Shown here piece by piece: positions 38,079-48,130 of a DNA stretch of 64,000 nt. The notes below the pieces were generated by a model that saw only the letters and a program-made list of their open reading frames with translations, was not told the origin of the DNA and did no database searches. Positions within the stretch are counted from its first letter, which is position 1. Every line of letters starts with the position of its first letter. The stretch lies in contig JAGUZK010000045.1 in the NCBI GenBank assembly GCA_020060845.1, forward strand, positions 8,685 through 72,684, written 5' to 3'. Both the position numbers and the translations under genes were made by a program. Source of the DNA: Candidatus Woesebacteria bacterium. Its GTDB lineage: Bacteria > Patescibacteriota > Microgenomatia > UBA8517.

Positions 38079-38572
38079 AATAATTATAAAAAATTATAGC
38101 GGAATAATTCCCTCTTTGTCAAGAATCTCCCTTCTGGTAAGGTATAAGGTATGTAGTAAACAACCTCTATGTCTAAATGGCATATCAAATTTTAGGCATA
38201 AAAAGGCTCTCGTGTCATCCATCATATACATCTGTAATTAGTTCATCACGAGGGTCGAATAGTAGATCCACAAATAGAACATTCTCATGACAATTGGTGC
38301 ACTATAGGCCATAATTCACTCATAGAAGTGTAGAATATTACTATTATGGCTACGAAAGAGTCGTCACAACTAAAACTAACTGTTACTAGAGGAGATTTCT
38401 TAAGGTTGCAACCGTTGCTGTTGCAGGTTTATTTGCAACTTCTTGCGGGGTTAGGCGAGGTTCAGAAAGTAATCTTCCAAATACTGCTGAGGACGTCCTT
38501 TTTCTACATGCAGAAAATACAGTAGAAAAGTTATTCATTCAAAGAAAGATTCTAGCTTTCGAGAAAAAAACG

Positions 38573-38989
38573 TTGCATCCTGAGAATCGGGATGGCGTGG
38601 AGAGCATCACCGTGCTTGACGTAGCGTTTCACTATCTTCTAGATCGCGAGGATGACAACTCTCACATCATCATACGTATTATCCAAAATGCTAGAGATGA
38701 ATACGTAGACTCCAAAGCAATCGTTAAAGGACCAAATAACAAAGATGTCGTTGCAAGTTTTTTCTATAGACATAGGGACAACAAACTTAAATTTTATTAT
38801 GTTCATCCAAGATCAAAGGAAGATCCCAATCGTGTCACAGATAACATTGTAGTTCACGGGCTTGGACTAGCACCTGTTACAGCACAAGGTTATGTTGTTG
38901 GCGTGTTCCTCCCTGACAAGCAATGTAAAGATTTAATCAATACACTAGCAGGCAACCCTCCCCCAGAGGAAACCTTCTCTACCAGATAA
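38573..38989 (+). CDS. hypothetical protein
   Basis: 138-aa ORF preceded by a long AT-rich intergenic region. Confidence 0.4.
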   Translation: MHPENRDGVESITVLDVAFHYLLDREDDNSHIIIRIIQNARDEYVDSKAIVKGPNNKDVVASFFYRHRDNKLKFYYVHPRSKEDPNRVTDNIVVHGLGLAPVTAQGYVVGVFLPDKQCKDLINTLAGNPPPEETFSTR

Positions 38990-39034
38990 CAACTGGAGTC
39001 AAAAAAGAATATTGTTGGGACAACAGCAATCAGT

Positions 39035-39358
39035 TCACAAATTTTGTAGTTTTGTCCTCCCAAAAACCTTCCTTAATTCTACCTTTGCTTGCTCTAGAAT
39101 AGCCTTTTTTGACGGATCAAGCTTTTTCCCTGCTCGGTTAATATAAAAATTAAGCATACTCATAGCAGATTGAAATGGTGTTTTTGCCTTTCTTCTTTGT
39201 GAGTTCTCAGCCGACGCTTTAAGGGACAAAGCAATTTTTTTGGGATCCTTCCATGTAAATATCCCTTCCTCAAGGTCTAGTGCAAATGAAGTCTTTGTAA
39301 CCTTGTAAACCCAGCTATCTTTTGCTCTCTTCTGAGTGTTACCTGCCATCTCAGTCAA
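39035..39358 (-). CDS. hypothetical protein
   Basis: 107-aa ORF overlapping the start of the next gene by 4 nt. Confidence 0.4.
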   Translation of the reverse strand: MTEMAGNTQKRAKDSWVYKVTKTSFALDLEEGIFTWKDPKKIALSLKASAENSQRRKAKTPFQSAMSMLNFYINRAGKKLDPSKKAILEQAKVELRKVFGRTKLQNL

Positions 39359-40494
39359 AGTACTTCCGGATCAACCATCAATATCTTATCATCCCCCACT
39401 TTGGGCCTTCCCCTCCCATCTTGATTGCTTGTGGTGATATACAATCTACCATCGGGGCCCAAAATAACCTCCCTTAGCCTTCCATATTCGCCCTTCAACA
39501 ATTCCTTGATCTTTGGTACGCCAGAAAGATCATAAACAAAGTACAAAGTCTCTCCTCTTAAGCCTGCAAAAAATAATTTATCCTTATAGTAGGCAATCCC
39601 AGCGGGTGCCCACGTGTTTTTCTCACCTGATTCCAAGACGGGCACCAGCATCCCGCTTCTTGATCTTTTTCCTCTAATTGCCGGCCAGCCATAATTTCCA
39701 CCTAAAACGATCTTGTTTAATTCATCGTTACCAGTTTCAGCTCCAGATGGGCCATGCTCAGTTGCCCAAAGATTTCCTTCATCGTCCCAAACTATACCTT
39801 GTGGATTTCTATGCCCATAAGAATAAACTTCATTTCCAAACGGGTTTCCCGGGGCGGGTTTTCCCTCATCTGTGACCCGTAAAATCTTTCCAGCAAGGGC
39901 GTTTTTATCTTGCGCCAAAGATGGATTTTGGGCATCACCTGTTGTTATATAAAGCATCCTATCAGGACCAAATTTTATCCTCCCACCGTTATGATTTAGT
40001 GATCCCGGAATTGAATCAACAATAATCTTTTCATCAACAAGCTTACGGTCTTCATATCGCATCCTAACAACTCTATTGAAGGTATTTCCATCCGAATTCG
40101 AATACGTGTAGTAAAGATAGACAAATTTATTTGAGAAAAAATCAGGGTGTATTGCAATTCCTAGAAGCCCTCCCTCCCCCACCTCGCGCACTGATGAGAC
40201 GGTTGCTATAGTATCCATCTTGGTTACTCCATTTATCCGATCTATTAGACGAACACTTCCGCCTCTTTCAGTTACAAGCATTCCTCCCTCGGGAAGAAAT
40301 GCTATAGCCCAGGGAGTGTCCAAATTTTGAGTAATTATACTCACCTTTCGACTCTCTTCCTCAGTAACAGTTTCCTTCCTTGCATCGCTAGAACCCTCGC
40401 GGGGGGTAATATTATCTTTCCTTTTGGGACCTCTCGCTACCACTGCAATAGCAATGGCAGCTACTACCACCAAAAGAAAAATATGCTTCTTCAT
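39355..40494 (-). CDS. PQQ-dependent soluble sugar (glucose/sorbosone) dehydrogenase, beta-propeller
   Basis: N-terminal TM anchor and GSDH-family motifs (HNGGRIKFGPDRMLYITTGD, GHRNPQGIVWD...LWATEHGP). Confidence 0.75.
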   Translation of the reverse strand: MKKHIFLLVVVAAIAIAVVARGPKRKDNITPREGSSDARKETVTEEESRKVSIITQNLDTPWAIAFLPEGGMLVTERGGSVRLIDRINGVTKMDTIATVSSVREVGEGGLLGIAIHPDFFSNKFVYLYYTYSNSDGNTFNRVVRMRYEDRKLVDEKIIVDSIPGSLNHNGGRIKFGPDRMLYITTGDAQNPSLAQDKNALAGKILRVTDEGKPAPGNPFGNEVYSYGHRNPQGIVWDDEGNLWATEHGPSGAETGNDELNKIVLGGNYGWPAIRGKRSRSGMLVPVLESGEKNTWAPAGIAYYKDKLFFAGLRGETLYFVYDLSGVPKIKELLKGEYGRLREVILGPDGRLYITTSNQDGRGRPKVGDDKILMVDPEVL

Positions 40495-40587
40495 CGGTAG
40501 AAATACTTTACTGGACTATACCATATCCTATGCAGGAAAAAAACCAAAAGTGGCCAACATATTGCCGACAAAATTGGCAATGAAGTT

Positions 40588-41976
40588 CTAGCATTTTTTA
40601 TCCTCGGTTATCTCACCTGCGGGGTTAATTTTTATTTTCCTGCATTGTCCGTTTGTTGTTATCTTAAACTCCAACCTTCCATCATCTTCGTACTTCATCT
40701 CTCCCTTTAGAACGGCATCGGGATAACGCTGGAGGACAACGGCCGGTATCTGAGACTGCGAGCCCGTAGGCATTGTAGTCGTGGTCGGGGTTGGAGTCGG
40801 TGTAGTATTGGTTGGAACACTCTGCCCAAGGTCCCCAATATAATACCCTGCCAGCAAGTTTCTTGCGTTGTTTGAGTGAGTGCCCCTCCCGCCGCGAGTA
40901 TCAAAAGCGATTGTTCCATCCTTCCCACAATAGTCTAAAATTGCCTGCTGTCCACCCGGATGGCGTGCAATATAGGCAGTCAGATTGTAGATCTTATTGG
41001 ATATTACCATCCAGCAATCCTGCAATGTGTTATGGGATGATACCTGTGCCATTGTCAATGTAATGTTTTGTCCTCCCCCGCCGGGAGTTGAACTTGGGGT
41101 TGGGGTAGCATTCTGCGGAGAAGATGTTGGAGTTGGCATATTAGCAGTGGAAGGAACAGTTGTAGGCACAACTGATGCAGTGGATCCAATCCTCCCTATC
41201 AAATAAGAATTAAGCTGGCTTGCCGCAAAACTTGAATGTGCAGAGGGAGGATTTTTGTCTTTGGTGTTAAACGCATTTGTTGCGTCCCTACCACAGTATG
41301 GGGTTATAGCACCCGCCCCACCAGGATGCGCATTCAAATAGGAGGATACTGCATATACATTTCCTGAAATAATTATCCAGCAATCCGAAGGAGTTGAATG
41401 CAAAGACACAGATTGAGTTGTTAAAATGTTGTTACTGCCAGTTCCACTAGCCGGTGCTGTTGTTGGCCTGCCTGCAAATGTCGGGGTAAAGGTCGGTGAG
41501 ACTGTAACCGTATTTTGGGAGGGAGTTATAGTCGCGCCAAAGTTTGATCCCAATTTGCCTAAGTAATATTGGTTGAGAAGATCTCTTGCAAATTGCGAAT
41601 GGGCAGTGGGGGGATTTTTGTCTTTGGTGTTATAGGCGTTCGTCGCATCCTTACCACAATAAGGCAACATAGACGCTGCGCTACCAGGGTGCAAGTCAAG
41701 GAACTTGGTGAAATCATAGACATTGCCTTCGATTATCATCCAACAGTCATCCCGAGAGGAATGATTGGCCACTATATCTACCGTGATACCTCCAAGCTGA
41801 GGGTCTGCTTGGACTGATGGGTTATTATCAGTAACCGCAGAGTTCGTGGCAGCAATTTTTTGTCCCAAGTCTGCAGATTTTTTTTGCTCATATAGCACAA
41901 GCCCAGCAACTCCAATTGACGAGACAATTATTACAAACAACAGAACAGAAATACCAACAATTATCTTAATCTTCAT
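40588..41976 (-). CDS. extracytoplasmic protein with three tandem cytochrome b5-like heme-binding domains
   Basis: N-terminal TM helix followed by three ~70-aa repeats, each DCW.I..G.VY....Y...HPGG....YCG.DAT.A......P.AHS.FA, with Thr/Pro-rich linkers. Confidence 0.7.
   Translation of the reverse strand: MKIKIIVGISVLLFVIIVSSIGVAGLVLYEQKKSADLGQKIAATNSAVTDNNPSVQADPQLGGITVDIVANHSSRDDCWMIIEGNVYDFTKFLDLHPGSAASMLPYCGKDATNAYNTKDKNPPTAHSQFARDLLNQYYLGKLGSNFGATITPSQNTVTVSPTFTPTFAGRPTTAPASGTGSNNILTTQSVSLHSTPSDCWIIISGNVYAVSSYLNAHPGGAGAITPYCGRDATNAFNTKDKNPPSAHSSFAASQLNSYLIGRIGSTASVVPTTVPSTANMPTPTSSPQNATPTPSSTPGGGGQNITLTMAQVSSHNTLQDCWMVISNKIYNLTAYIARHPGGQQAILDYCGKDGTIAFDTRGGRGTHSNNARNLLAGYYIGDLGQSVPTNTTPTPTPTTTTMPTGSQSQIPAVVLQRYPDAVLKGEMKYEDDGRLEFKITTNGQCRKIKINPAGEITEDKKC
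40825..41793 (-). repeat. 3x internal tandem repeat (cyt b5-like domains) within CDS; coordinates approximate
   Basis: Seen in the translated protein sequence. Confidence 0.6.
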
Positions 41977-42635
41977 TACTTCAAGACCACTTTCGTTATA
42001 GTAATATCCTCAAGTGGGATCTCAAAGACAGAGACAGGGGCTGACACTATCCTCTCAACAGTATCATATCCTTTCTTTACCCAACCAAGTATGGTGTGCT
42101 TGCCATTTAGCCACTCAGCGTCAGCAGCTAAAATAAAAAGCTGACTTGAATTTGTGTTTGGGCCATTGTTCACAAAGGCAACAACTCCTTTAATCATCCT
42201 GTCTGTTGGGAGGATTTCATCAGCAAATGTATATCCTGCTCCTCCGTTCCCCCACTTTGACTTTAGCTCAACAGACCTTGTGAGCGGATCTCCTATCTCA
42301 AGGAGGACACCTGGCACTACCCGATGTACCCTTAGACCATCATAAAAACCGGATTCGCTAAGCCTGACAAAATTTGATATCGCAATCGGAGCCTTCTCAT
42401 TAAACTCAATCTCAATTGATCCCCTATCAGTTATAATTACTGCTCCCTTATGAAGCCCTTGTGCTTTTGGATAAGTAACACGATTGGAGTAAAGGTTCAG
42501 GGCAGTAAATACAGAAACTACAGCTCCAACCAATAGGACAAAGAGGCTAAGGTACAGCTTAATATCATTTGAAGCAAGAAATTTTTCTATCTTTCCCATC
42601 CACGGATAGTAAAAGTATAATGTTAATAAAAGCAT
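41976..42635 (-). CDS. cyclophilin-type peptidyl-prolyl cis-trans isomerase, membrane-anchored
   Basis: N-terminal TM helix, then cyclophilin motifs (GFYDGLRVHRVVPG, HTILGWVKKG). Confidence 0.8.
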   Translation of the reverse strand: MLLLTLYFYYPWMGKIEKFLASNDIKLYLSLFVLLVGAVVSVFTALNLYSNRVTYPKAQGLHKGAVIITDRGSIEIEFNEKAPIAISNFVRLSESGFYDGLRVHRVVPGVLLEIGDPLTRSVELKSKWGNGGAGYTFADEILPTDRMIKGVVAFVNNGPNTNSSQLFILAADAEWLNGKHTILGWVKKGYDTVERIVSAPVSVFEIPLEDITITKVVLK

Positions 42636-43938
42636 GAAAACTATTCAAGCGTCAAGACTCAATATTGGCATCATCCTCATAATTTTGGCATCTTTAATTC
42701 CAATACTTCTCTGGTTTGAATCTACCAATGCAAGAAACCAAAGCAGTATATTTCTAGCATCAGGGCAGGTCCTTGGCCTGGTGGGGAGTGTACTATTCTC
42801 TATCAATTTTCTATTATCAGCTAGGTTCCGATTTCTTGAAAACCTTTTTGGCGGATTAAATAGGGTCTATATCATACATCACCTTGTTGGGGCTGTATCA
42901 TTTATCCTTCTCTTATATCATCCTGTAATGATTTCACTTCATTACGTGCCAATCTCTGTTGTAGCGGCGGCAAAGATTCTTTTTTCATCCTATTCGAATT
43001 TTCCAATTTTCTCAGGAATAATTGCGCTTGCAGTTATGATCATTACCCTTGCACTTACATTTTTCATCAAACTCCCCTATCAAATATGGAAAGTGTCACA
43101 CAAATTCTTGGGACTTGCGCTTTTCTTTGCCTCGCTTCATATATACCTTATTCCAAGCACTGTCTCATCAAACATTCCCCTCAGAATCTACATCCTCTCA
43201 TTTAGCTTCGCAGGAATAGCTGCTTTTCTCTACAAAAGCGTTTTTGAGAGGTTCACTATCAAAAAATACCACTATAAAGTCACTGATGTTAAACTCCTCG
43301 GCAATGATATAACAGAAGTGATTCTAGCTCCCTTGTCAAAAACAATGTTTTATCTCCCGGGACAATTCGTCTTTGTTAGTTTCACATCCTTGGGTATCAC
43401 TAAGGAGGCTCATCCTTTCTCGCTTACTTCCTCACCGGATCAGGAATTTTTATCCTTTGGCATCAAAAGCTCTGGCGACTATACCGAGACCATAAAGCTA
43501 CTTAAAAAGGATGCAATAGCTCAAATCGAAGGACCATATGGATATTTCACTTTCTATCGTTATGGAACAAAAAGACAAATATGGATCGCGGGCGGAATCG
43601 GAATTACGCCATTTTTATCAATGGCAAGAAGCCTCACAACACCTAATCCTTATAAGATCGACCTTTATTATGTTGTTAGCACAAAAGATGAGGCCGTATT
43701 CCTTGACGAACTCCAAAAAATCGAGTCCTCAACTGAAAATTTTAAAGTGATTCCTCACTTCTCAAAGGAAATGGGGAGACTAAATTCGGATACTATAATG
43801 CAAAAATCACCAGATGCAGTAAATTCAGATATTCTTCTCTGCGGTCCGCCGCCAATGATGAAATCACTAAAAACTCAGCTTAAGAAACTTGGAATCAAGG
43901 GCTACAGAATACATTCCGAAGAGTTTTCAATCGATTAA
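42634..43938 (+). CDS. ferric-reductase-like transmembrane domain fused to FAD/NAD(P)-binding oxidoreductase (NOX/FRE-like)
   Basis: 6-TM region with conserved His pairs, FAD-binding HPFSLTSSP and NAD-binding GGIGITPF...CGPPPM. Confidence 0.7.
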   Translation: MKTIQASRLNIGIILIILASLIPILLWFESTNARNQSSIFLASGQVLGLVGSVLFSINFLLSARFRFLENLFGGLNRVYIIHHLVGAVSFILLLYHPVMISLHYVPISVVAAAKILFSSYSNFPIFSGIIALAVMIITLALTFFIKLPYQIWKVSHKFLGLALFFASLHIYLIPSTVSSNIPLRIYILSFSFAGIAAFLYKSVFERFTIKKYHYKVTDVKLLGNDITEVILAPLSKTMFYLPGQFVFVSFTSLGITKEAHPFSLTSSPDQEFLSFGIKSSGDYTETIKLLKKDAIAQIEGPYGYFTFYRYGTKRQIWIAGGIGITPFLSMARSLTTPNPYKIDLYYVVSTKDEAVFLDELQKIESSTENFKVIPHFSKEMGRLNSDTIMQKSPDAVNSDILLCGPPPMMKSLKTQLKKLGIKGYRIHSEEFSID

Positions 43939-45342
43939 ACTTTGTTGCAACAACTTTAGTATTACTGCTGTATTGGGACGCATAAGCAATTTCGAACTCC
44001 ACTTACCATCTCTTATAAGAATAGGAAAATCTACACTTTTACCTAAAAACTCTGTCAGTTTATATGCATACTCACCATCAGGCAAACCATAAACATTAAT
44101 AGGAACATTCTCATAATGCTTGCCTGACGGATCGTAATTGACAATTAATATTGTTAGACCGTCACCACCAAGAACCCCAATCGCCTTCACAAAATCACCC
44201 TCTCCCGTAATATCAATTGCAATACCAGGCACGTCAATATCATTCAAAAACCCGAATGCCTTAAAACGAGGCTTCTCCTCGGGCACTCCCCACTTGGGAT
44301 TAGTTAAAATGCCCCACCTTCCCCAGTGCATCTTATCTCCCTCACCATCAATGACCTCAAAGGTGAACATCTTGTCTACACGGCCAAAATTTTCAGCAAT
44401 AACGGCAATTGTATGAACTGCTGAAAAATAGGTATCATAGCCATCGTCATTTTTTGGAGTATGTCCAAATTCAGTTACAACAAGCTCAAGACTTCTCAAC
44501 CTCGGAAGGTCATTGCCCCACAAAGATAAATTCTCCAAGTCAGATTCATAATCTCTAAGGTACAAGGAATACCTGTGCCACGAATAGAAATCCATTCTAA
44601 GTCCCATTCTTTCCACAAAACTAATAAGATCATATACCCATGACTTATACAAAGCTGTAGTAGCAGGACCGCCAAATTTGAATGCTAATACGTTCTTGGC
44701 AGATTGAGCTCCACGGGATGCATAAAGATACAAGTTAAGATAACTTTTCTCTCCCTTCAGATTGAAATCTCCAAAAAGATCAGGTTCGTTCCAAACCTCA
44801 TAGTAGACATCCTCAATTGCCAATTCGTTTTTGCCACTTATATGCTCGATTGTAGCTCTAACCACATCCTCCCACTCAGCCCAGTTTCTTGGTATATCAA
44901 CCTCGCTGCCTGAGGAAATTGCTGGCGGCATGTAAGAAAGTGAGATAAACGGCTTGGCCCCCATATCTCTTATCGCCTTAATCTCTAAATCCAGTTTTTG
45001 CCAATTATAAACCAACCGACCTTCTGAATTTCTTGCGACAGGCTCATAAAAGTCGTAGACATGGTCAATACGAATATATCTAGGGCCTATTTTCTTCATG
45101 CTGGAGATAGAGTGAGACAGCATCCCCTCAGAGCTTTCCCCTCCCTGGGAAAAATACCTCCAGTTTTCCCGAAACACTTCCCCTTTCTTTGACAAATCAA
45201 TAACAAGATTAGCCTCTTTGCCAGCAATATCCAAATATGCCTTATTAAGAAAGTGGGTATTTTGTCCCACCAAAAAGACACTAAGCGGCAGAAAAAGAAA
45301 AATAAAAAAATAAACAAAACTTCGCAAGATCTTTCTTGACAT
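43927..45342 (-). CDS. secreted glycoside hydrolase (clan GH-A, GH39/GH5-like)
   Basis: N-terminal signal/TM and a YYEVWNEPDL catalytic acid/base-like motif. The family assignment is tentative. Confidence 0.5.
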   Translation of the reverse strand: MSRKILRSFVYFFIFLFLPLSVFLVGQNTHFLNKAYLDIAGKEANLVIDLSKKGEVFRENWRYFSQGGESSEGMLSHSISSMKKIGPRYIRIDHVYDFYEPVARNSEGRLVYNWQKLDLEIKAIRDMGAKPFISLSYMPPAISSGSEVDIPRNWAEWEDVVRATIEHISGKNELAIEDVYYEVWNEPDLFGDFNLKGEKSYLNLYLYASRGAQSAKNVLAFKFGGPATTALYKSWVYDLISFVERMGLRMDFYSWHRYSLYLRDYESDLENLSLWGNDLPRLRSLELVVTEFGHTPKNDDGYDTYFSAVHTIAVIAENFGRVDKMFTFEVIDGEGDKMHWGRWGILTNPKWGVPEEKPRFKAFGFLNDIDVPGIAIDITGEGDFVKAIGVLGGDGLTILIVNYDPSGKHYENVPINVYGLPDGEYAYKLTEFLGKSVDFPILIRDGKWSSKLLMRPNTAVILKLLQQSLID

Positions 45343-45348
45343 AGCCCG

Positions 45349-46026
45349 CTAATATTCAATCTCAGTAATTATCTTCATCCTTGCACTCTCAATAACAGTG
45401 GTATCCGACGTCAAGGATTTAACTTGAAGTCTGTACTTGTTATTTCCTCTCCAAATGCTAATTTTCCCGGAAGTTACAGCCGTTGATGTTTGACTAGTAG
45501 TCGTTACCTCACTGCCATCAACTGCCCGCGAATTTGTTATATCATAGAGCCTTGCGTATGCTGCTCCATTTCCATTGAAAAGCTTCATATTCACCTCCAG
45601 ATAAGCCTCCTTAAAACCACTAAAATCAGAAATGTTTAGATAAAATTCGCTTCCGGCAACATCTGTCCACTGAGTATTGGTAGTACTTCCCGATCCCGGG
45701 ATTGGATAATAGAACGCGTTTCTAGCAACACTTTTTTTGGCCAGAGAAGGCGTTGGTGTTATTACTGTACTTGCTGGAATAATGATTTTCTGGACCTCTT
45801 CTTGAATTACCTTTTTGCATTCATCATCGCAGATCAAACTAGTCTTCTCAAACCCTTTATCCATAACACCCTCGTCTTTCACCAATTCAACCTCTTTCTT
45901 ACCAGAGACAAGATCGGGGTCATTGTTTGAAACCCACCCGTACAGGAAATAGAGAAAAAAAATATTAAGTACTACTACGTCCAAAACTGCTATTGCAAGA
46001 AACACTCTCTTGAGTACCATGCCCAT
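45349..46026 (-). CDS. hypothetical secreted protein
   Basis: 225 aa with an N-terminal TM helix. Confidence 0.4.
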   Translation of the reverse strand: MGMVLKRVFLAIAVLDVVVLNIFFLYFLYGWVSNNDPDLVSGKKEVELVKDEGVMDKGFEKTSLICDDECKKVIQEEVQKIIIPASTVITPTPSLAKKSVARNAFYYPIPGSGSTTNTQWTDVAGSEFYLNISDFSGFKEAYLEVNMKLFNGNGAAYARLYDITNSRAVDGSEVTTTSQTSTAVTSGKISIWRGNNKYRLQVKSLTSDTTVIESARMKIITEIEY

Positions 46027-46079
46027 CTATTCTGAAGCAAATCAAAACCAATTAGCAAGTGGATCCTTTCAGAAGCAGA

Positions 46080-48074
46080 TTATTTCAAATCTAAGCTCTT
46101 TATCAGCTCCCAATCATCTTGATCGTAGACATCAATACTTCTGTCGCCAAAAATATAAAAGAAATTATTTATATAGGCAGCTCTTTTTGGTGCATACAAA
46201 GAAACCGCTTTCTCAAGCTGTAGTGTGTTTTTGTATGAGAAGATATACCCTCCTTGCCCTCCAGGAATAAAAAATATTTGTCTTTCTGGGTCACTTAGGA
46301 ACGCATGGTGGTTATTCTGCACTTCAGTCCAATATTCATTAAGAGTATATTTTCCAACCTCAACGGGTCTTCCGGCATCTGAAACATCAAATACTGACAG
46401 CTTTACCTGTGAACCCTCCTGTCCAACTCCCAATATCAGATCATCCTTAAGCGGGTGAAGATAGGATGAGTAACCGGGAATCTTTAGCTCTCCAACTTTT
46501 TTAGGACGAGACGGGTTAGAAAGGTCAATTACATAAAATGGGTCAGTTTGCCTAAATGTAACTACATATCCGCTTTTACCAATAAATCTCACAGAATAAA
46601 TTCTTTCCCCGACTCCTAAATCAACTACCTCACCAACCTTCCTAAGCCCGTTGTCAAGAACATAAACGTCATTAACTGAGGATGACGCCATCCCCATCCA
46701 ACTACCACCGCTTGTTGTTGCAATCCTTAAATAGCCGTTAAATTCATCAATGCTAAACTGATTAAGGATCTTTCCCGCAACACTCCCTGTCGCCTCGATC
46801 CCAAAATTGTCGACGTTGATCTTTACAATTCCGGTTCTCTCGAGATCACGTGCACGCTCCTTGATAAAAAGAGATAGCCTGTTGTTTAGTTCATTTTCAA
46901 ATCGAAGCCTTTCGTCTTTCCCCAAAGAGGACTTATATTGGTCTATAACCCTTTGAATCTCACTAACTTTTGAGGATAAAGAGATGTCATATTCCCCAAT
47001 CTTTCTGACTTTCTCTACGACAAATTCAGGCACAAGATCACTGGCTTGACTTCTTAGAAAGTCGTACATCATCAAGGAGTAATCAGAATTGTAAGCGTAA
47101 GTCACATACAAGTTTTTGCTGGACATATAAGTTACTGTAGATTCAGAAGAGATAAACGATACTTTCTTCTCTACAGCACCATCATTAGGATCAACCACCA
47201 TCGCAGTCGTAAGCAGATCCGCAGAAATTATGATATCAGGCCTATAGATGTCTTTGCAGGTAATAACTACACCTGTAGACAAGGGTATATCACATGGAGA
47301 AAACTCATCTATATAATTTTGGGTGACAAGATAAAGTTTTCCATCCATAAGCCTGGATGCAATAATCCTCGCAGAACTTTTACTAAAATTCAGTTCCCAT
47401 TTTTTCGACGGGCTATCAGACCCGACATCATAAGAAACAACCCCCTCCGAAGTAAAAATCATCAAATTATTAGAGGAAAGAAGCATCTCCCCAGCCTCTG
47501 ATATCTCAGAAATTTTAGCTATCTGGCTGGGAGGGAGTGCTGAAATTATTTTTATCTTAGACTGATCAATTGGCGGTGCGGGTTCTCGAAATGAATCTTT
47601 AATATCCATTTCAACAGGTCGCTCGGGCAGATTAATACCAAAAGAAACTCCCTGTGCCCAATAATAAAACCTTTTTCCGTCAGTCTTTAAGATATCCGGT
47701 TCGTCAACCCCGGGAGTCTGAATATTCGTCTGGGAGTAACGCTCCACCTTTGTGGTGGCTAAACCGGTAGGTTCCTCCATTGTAGCCCTCGGCGCAATCA
47801 TCACATCACTAGTAACCCTCCCCATTTGTGACATGTCCTTTGCTTGGGATAGATATTCTCTAAACTCAGCCTCACTTGCAAACTTTTCAATCTTCTCGGG
47901 GATACCATTCTTGCTTCCAGGGTAAAAAGGAGTATCACTAACACCCTTCTTCACCCTAGCAGTCCAAACAGCAACAACCAAAACTAATAATGAGAAGAAT
48001 ACTATTCCCAGGAGGACAATATTTACTTTAGGCTTTACTGGCGGCAAACTGTCGCTGGCATCTTTTTCCATCAT
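46080..48074 (-). CDS. secreted beta-propeller-domain protein (PF09826-like)
   Basis: 664 aa with an N-terminal TM helix. The C-terminal segment (GERIYSVRFIGKSGYVVTFRQTDPFYVIDLS...GELKIPGYSSYLHP) matches my recollection of this family. Confidence 0.45.
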   Translation of the reverse strand: MMEKDASDSLPPVKPKVNIVLLGIVFFSLLVLVVAVWTARVKKGVSDTPFYPGSKNGIPEKIEKFASEAEFREYLSQAKDMSQMGRVTSDVMIAPRATMEEPTGLATTKVERYSQTNIQTPGVDEPDILKTDGKRFYYWAQGVSFGINLPERPVEMDIKDSFREPAPPIDQSKIKIISALPPSQIAKISEISEAGEMLLSSNNLMIFTSEGVVSYDVGSDSPSKKWELNFSKSSARIIASRLMDGKLYLVTQNYIDEFSPCDIPLSTGVVITCKDIYRPDIIISADLLTTAMVVDPNDGAVEKKVSFISSESTVTYMSSKNLYVTYAYNSDYSLMMYDFLRSQASDLVPEFVVEKVRKIGEYDISLSSKVSEIQRVIDQYKSSLGKDERLRFENELNNRLSLFIKERARDLERTGIVKINVDNFGIEATGSVAGKILNQFSIDEFNGYLRIATTSGGSWMGMASSSVNDVYVLDNGLRKVGEVVDLGVGERIYSVRFIGKSGYVVTFRQTDPFYVIDLSNPSRPKKVGELKIPGYSSYLHPLKDDLILGVGQEGSQVKLSVFDVSDAGRPVEVGKYTLNEYWTEVQNNHHAFLSDPERQIFFIPGGQGGYIFSYKNTLQLEKAVSLYAPKRAAYINNFFYIFGDRSIDVYDQDDWELIKSLDLK

Positions 48075-48130
48075 TGGCAGGTAAATGATAACATCTCTAA
48101 AAAGATATTCACAACAAGATCTTTTTACAA

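Noticed and set aside
38330-38515. 59-aa + strand ORF (MATKESSQLKLTV...) in the long intergenic region before 38573.
   Set aside because: It has no SD and no motif and sits in low-complexity A/T-rich sequence, so it is unsupported.
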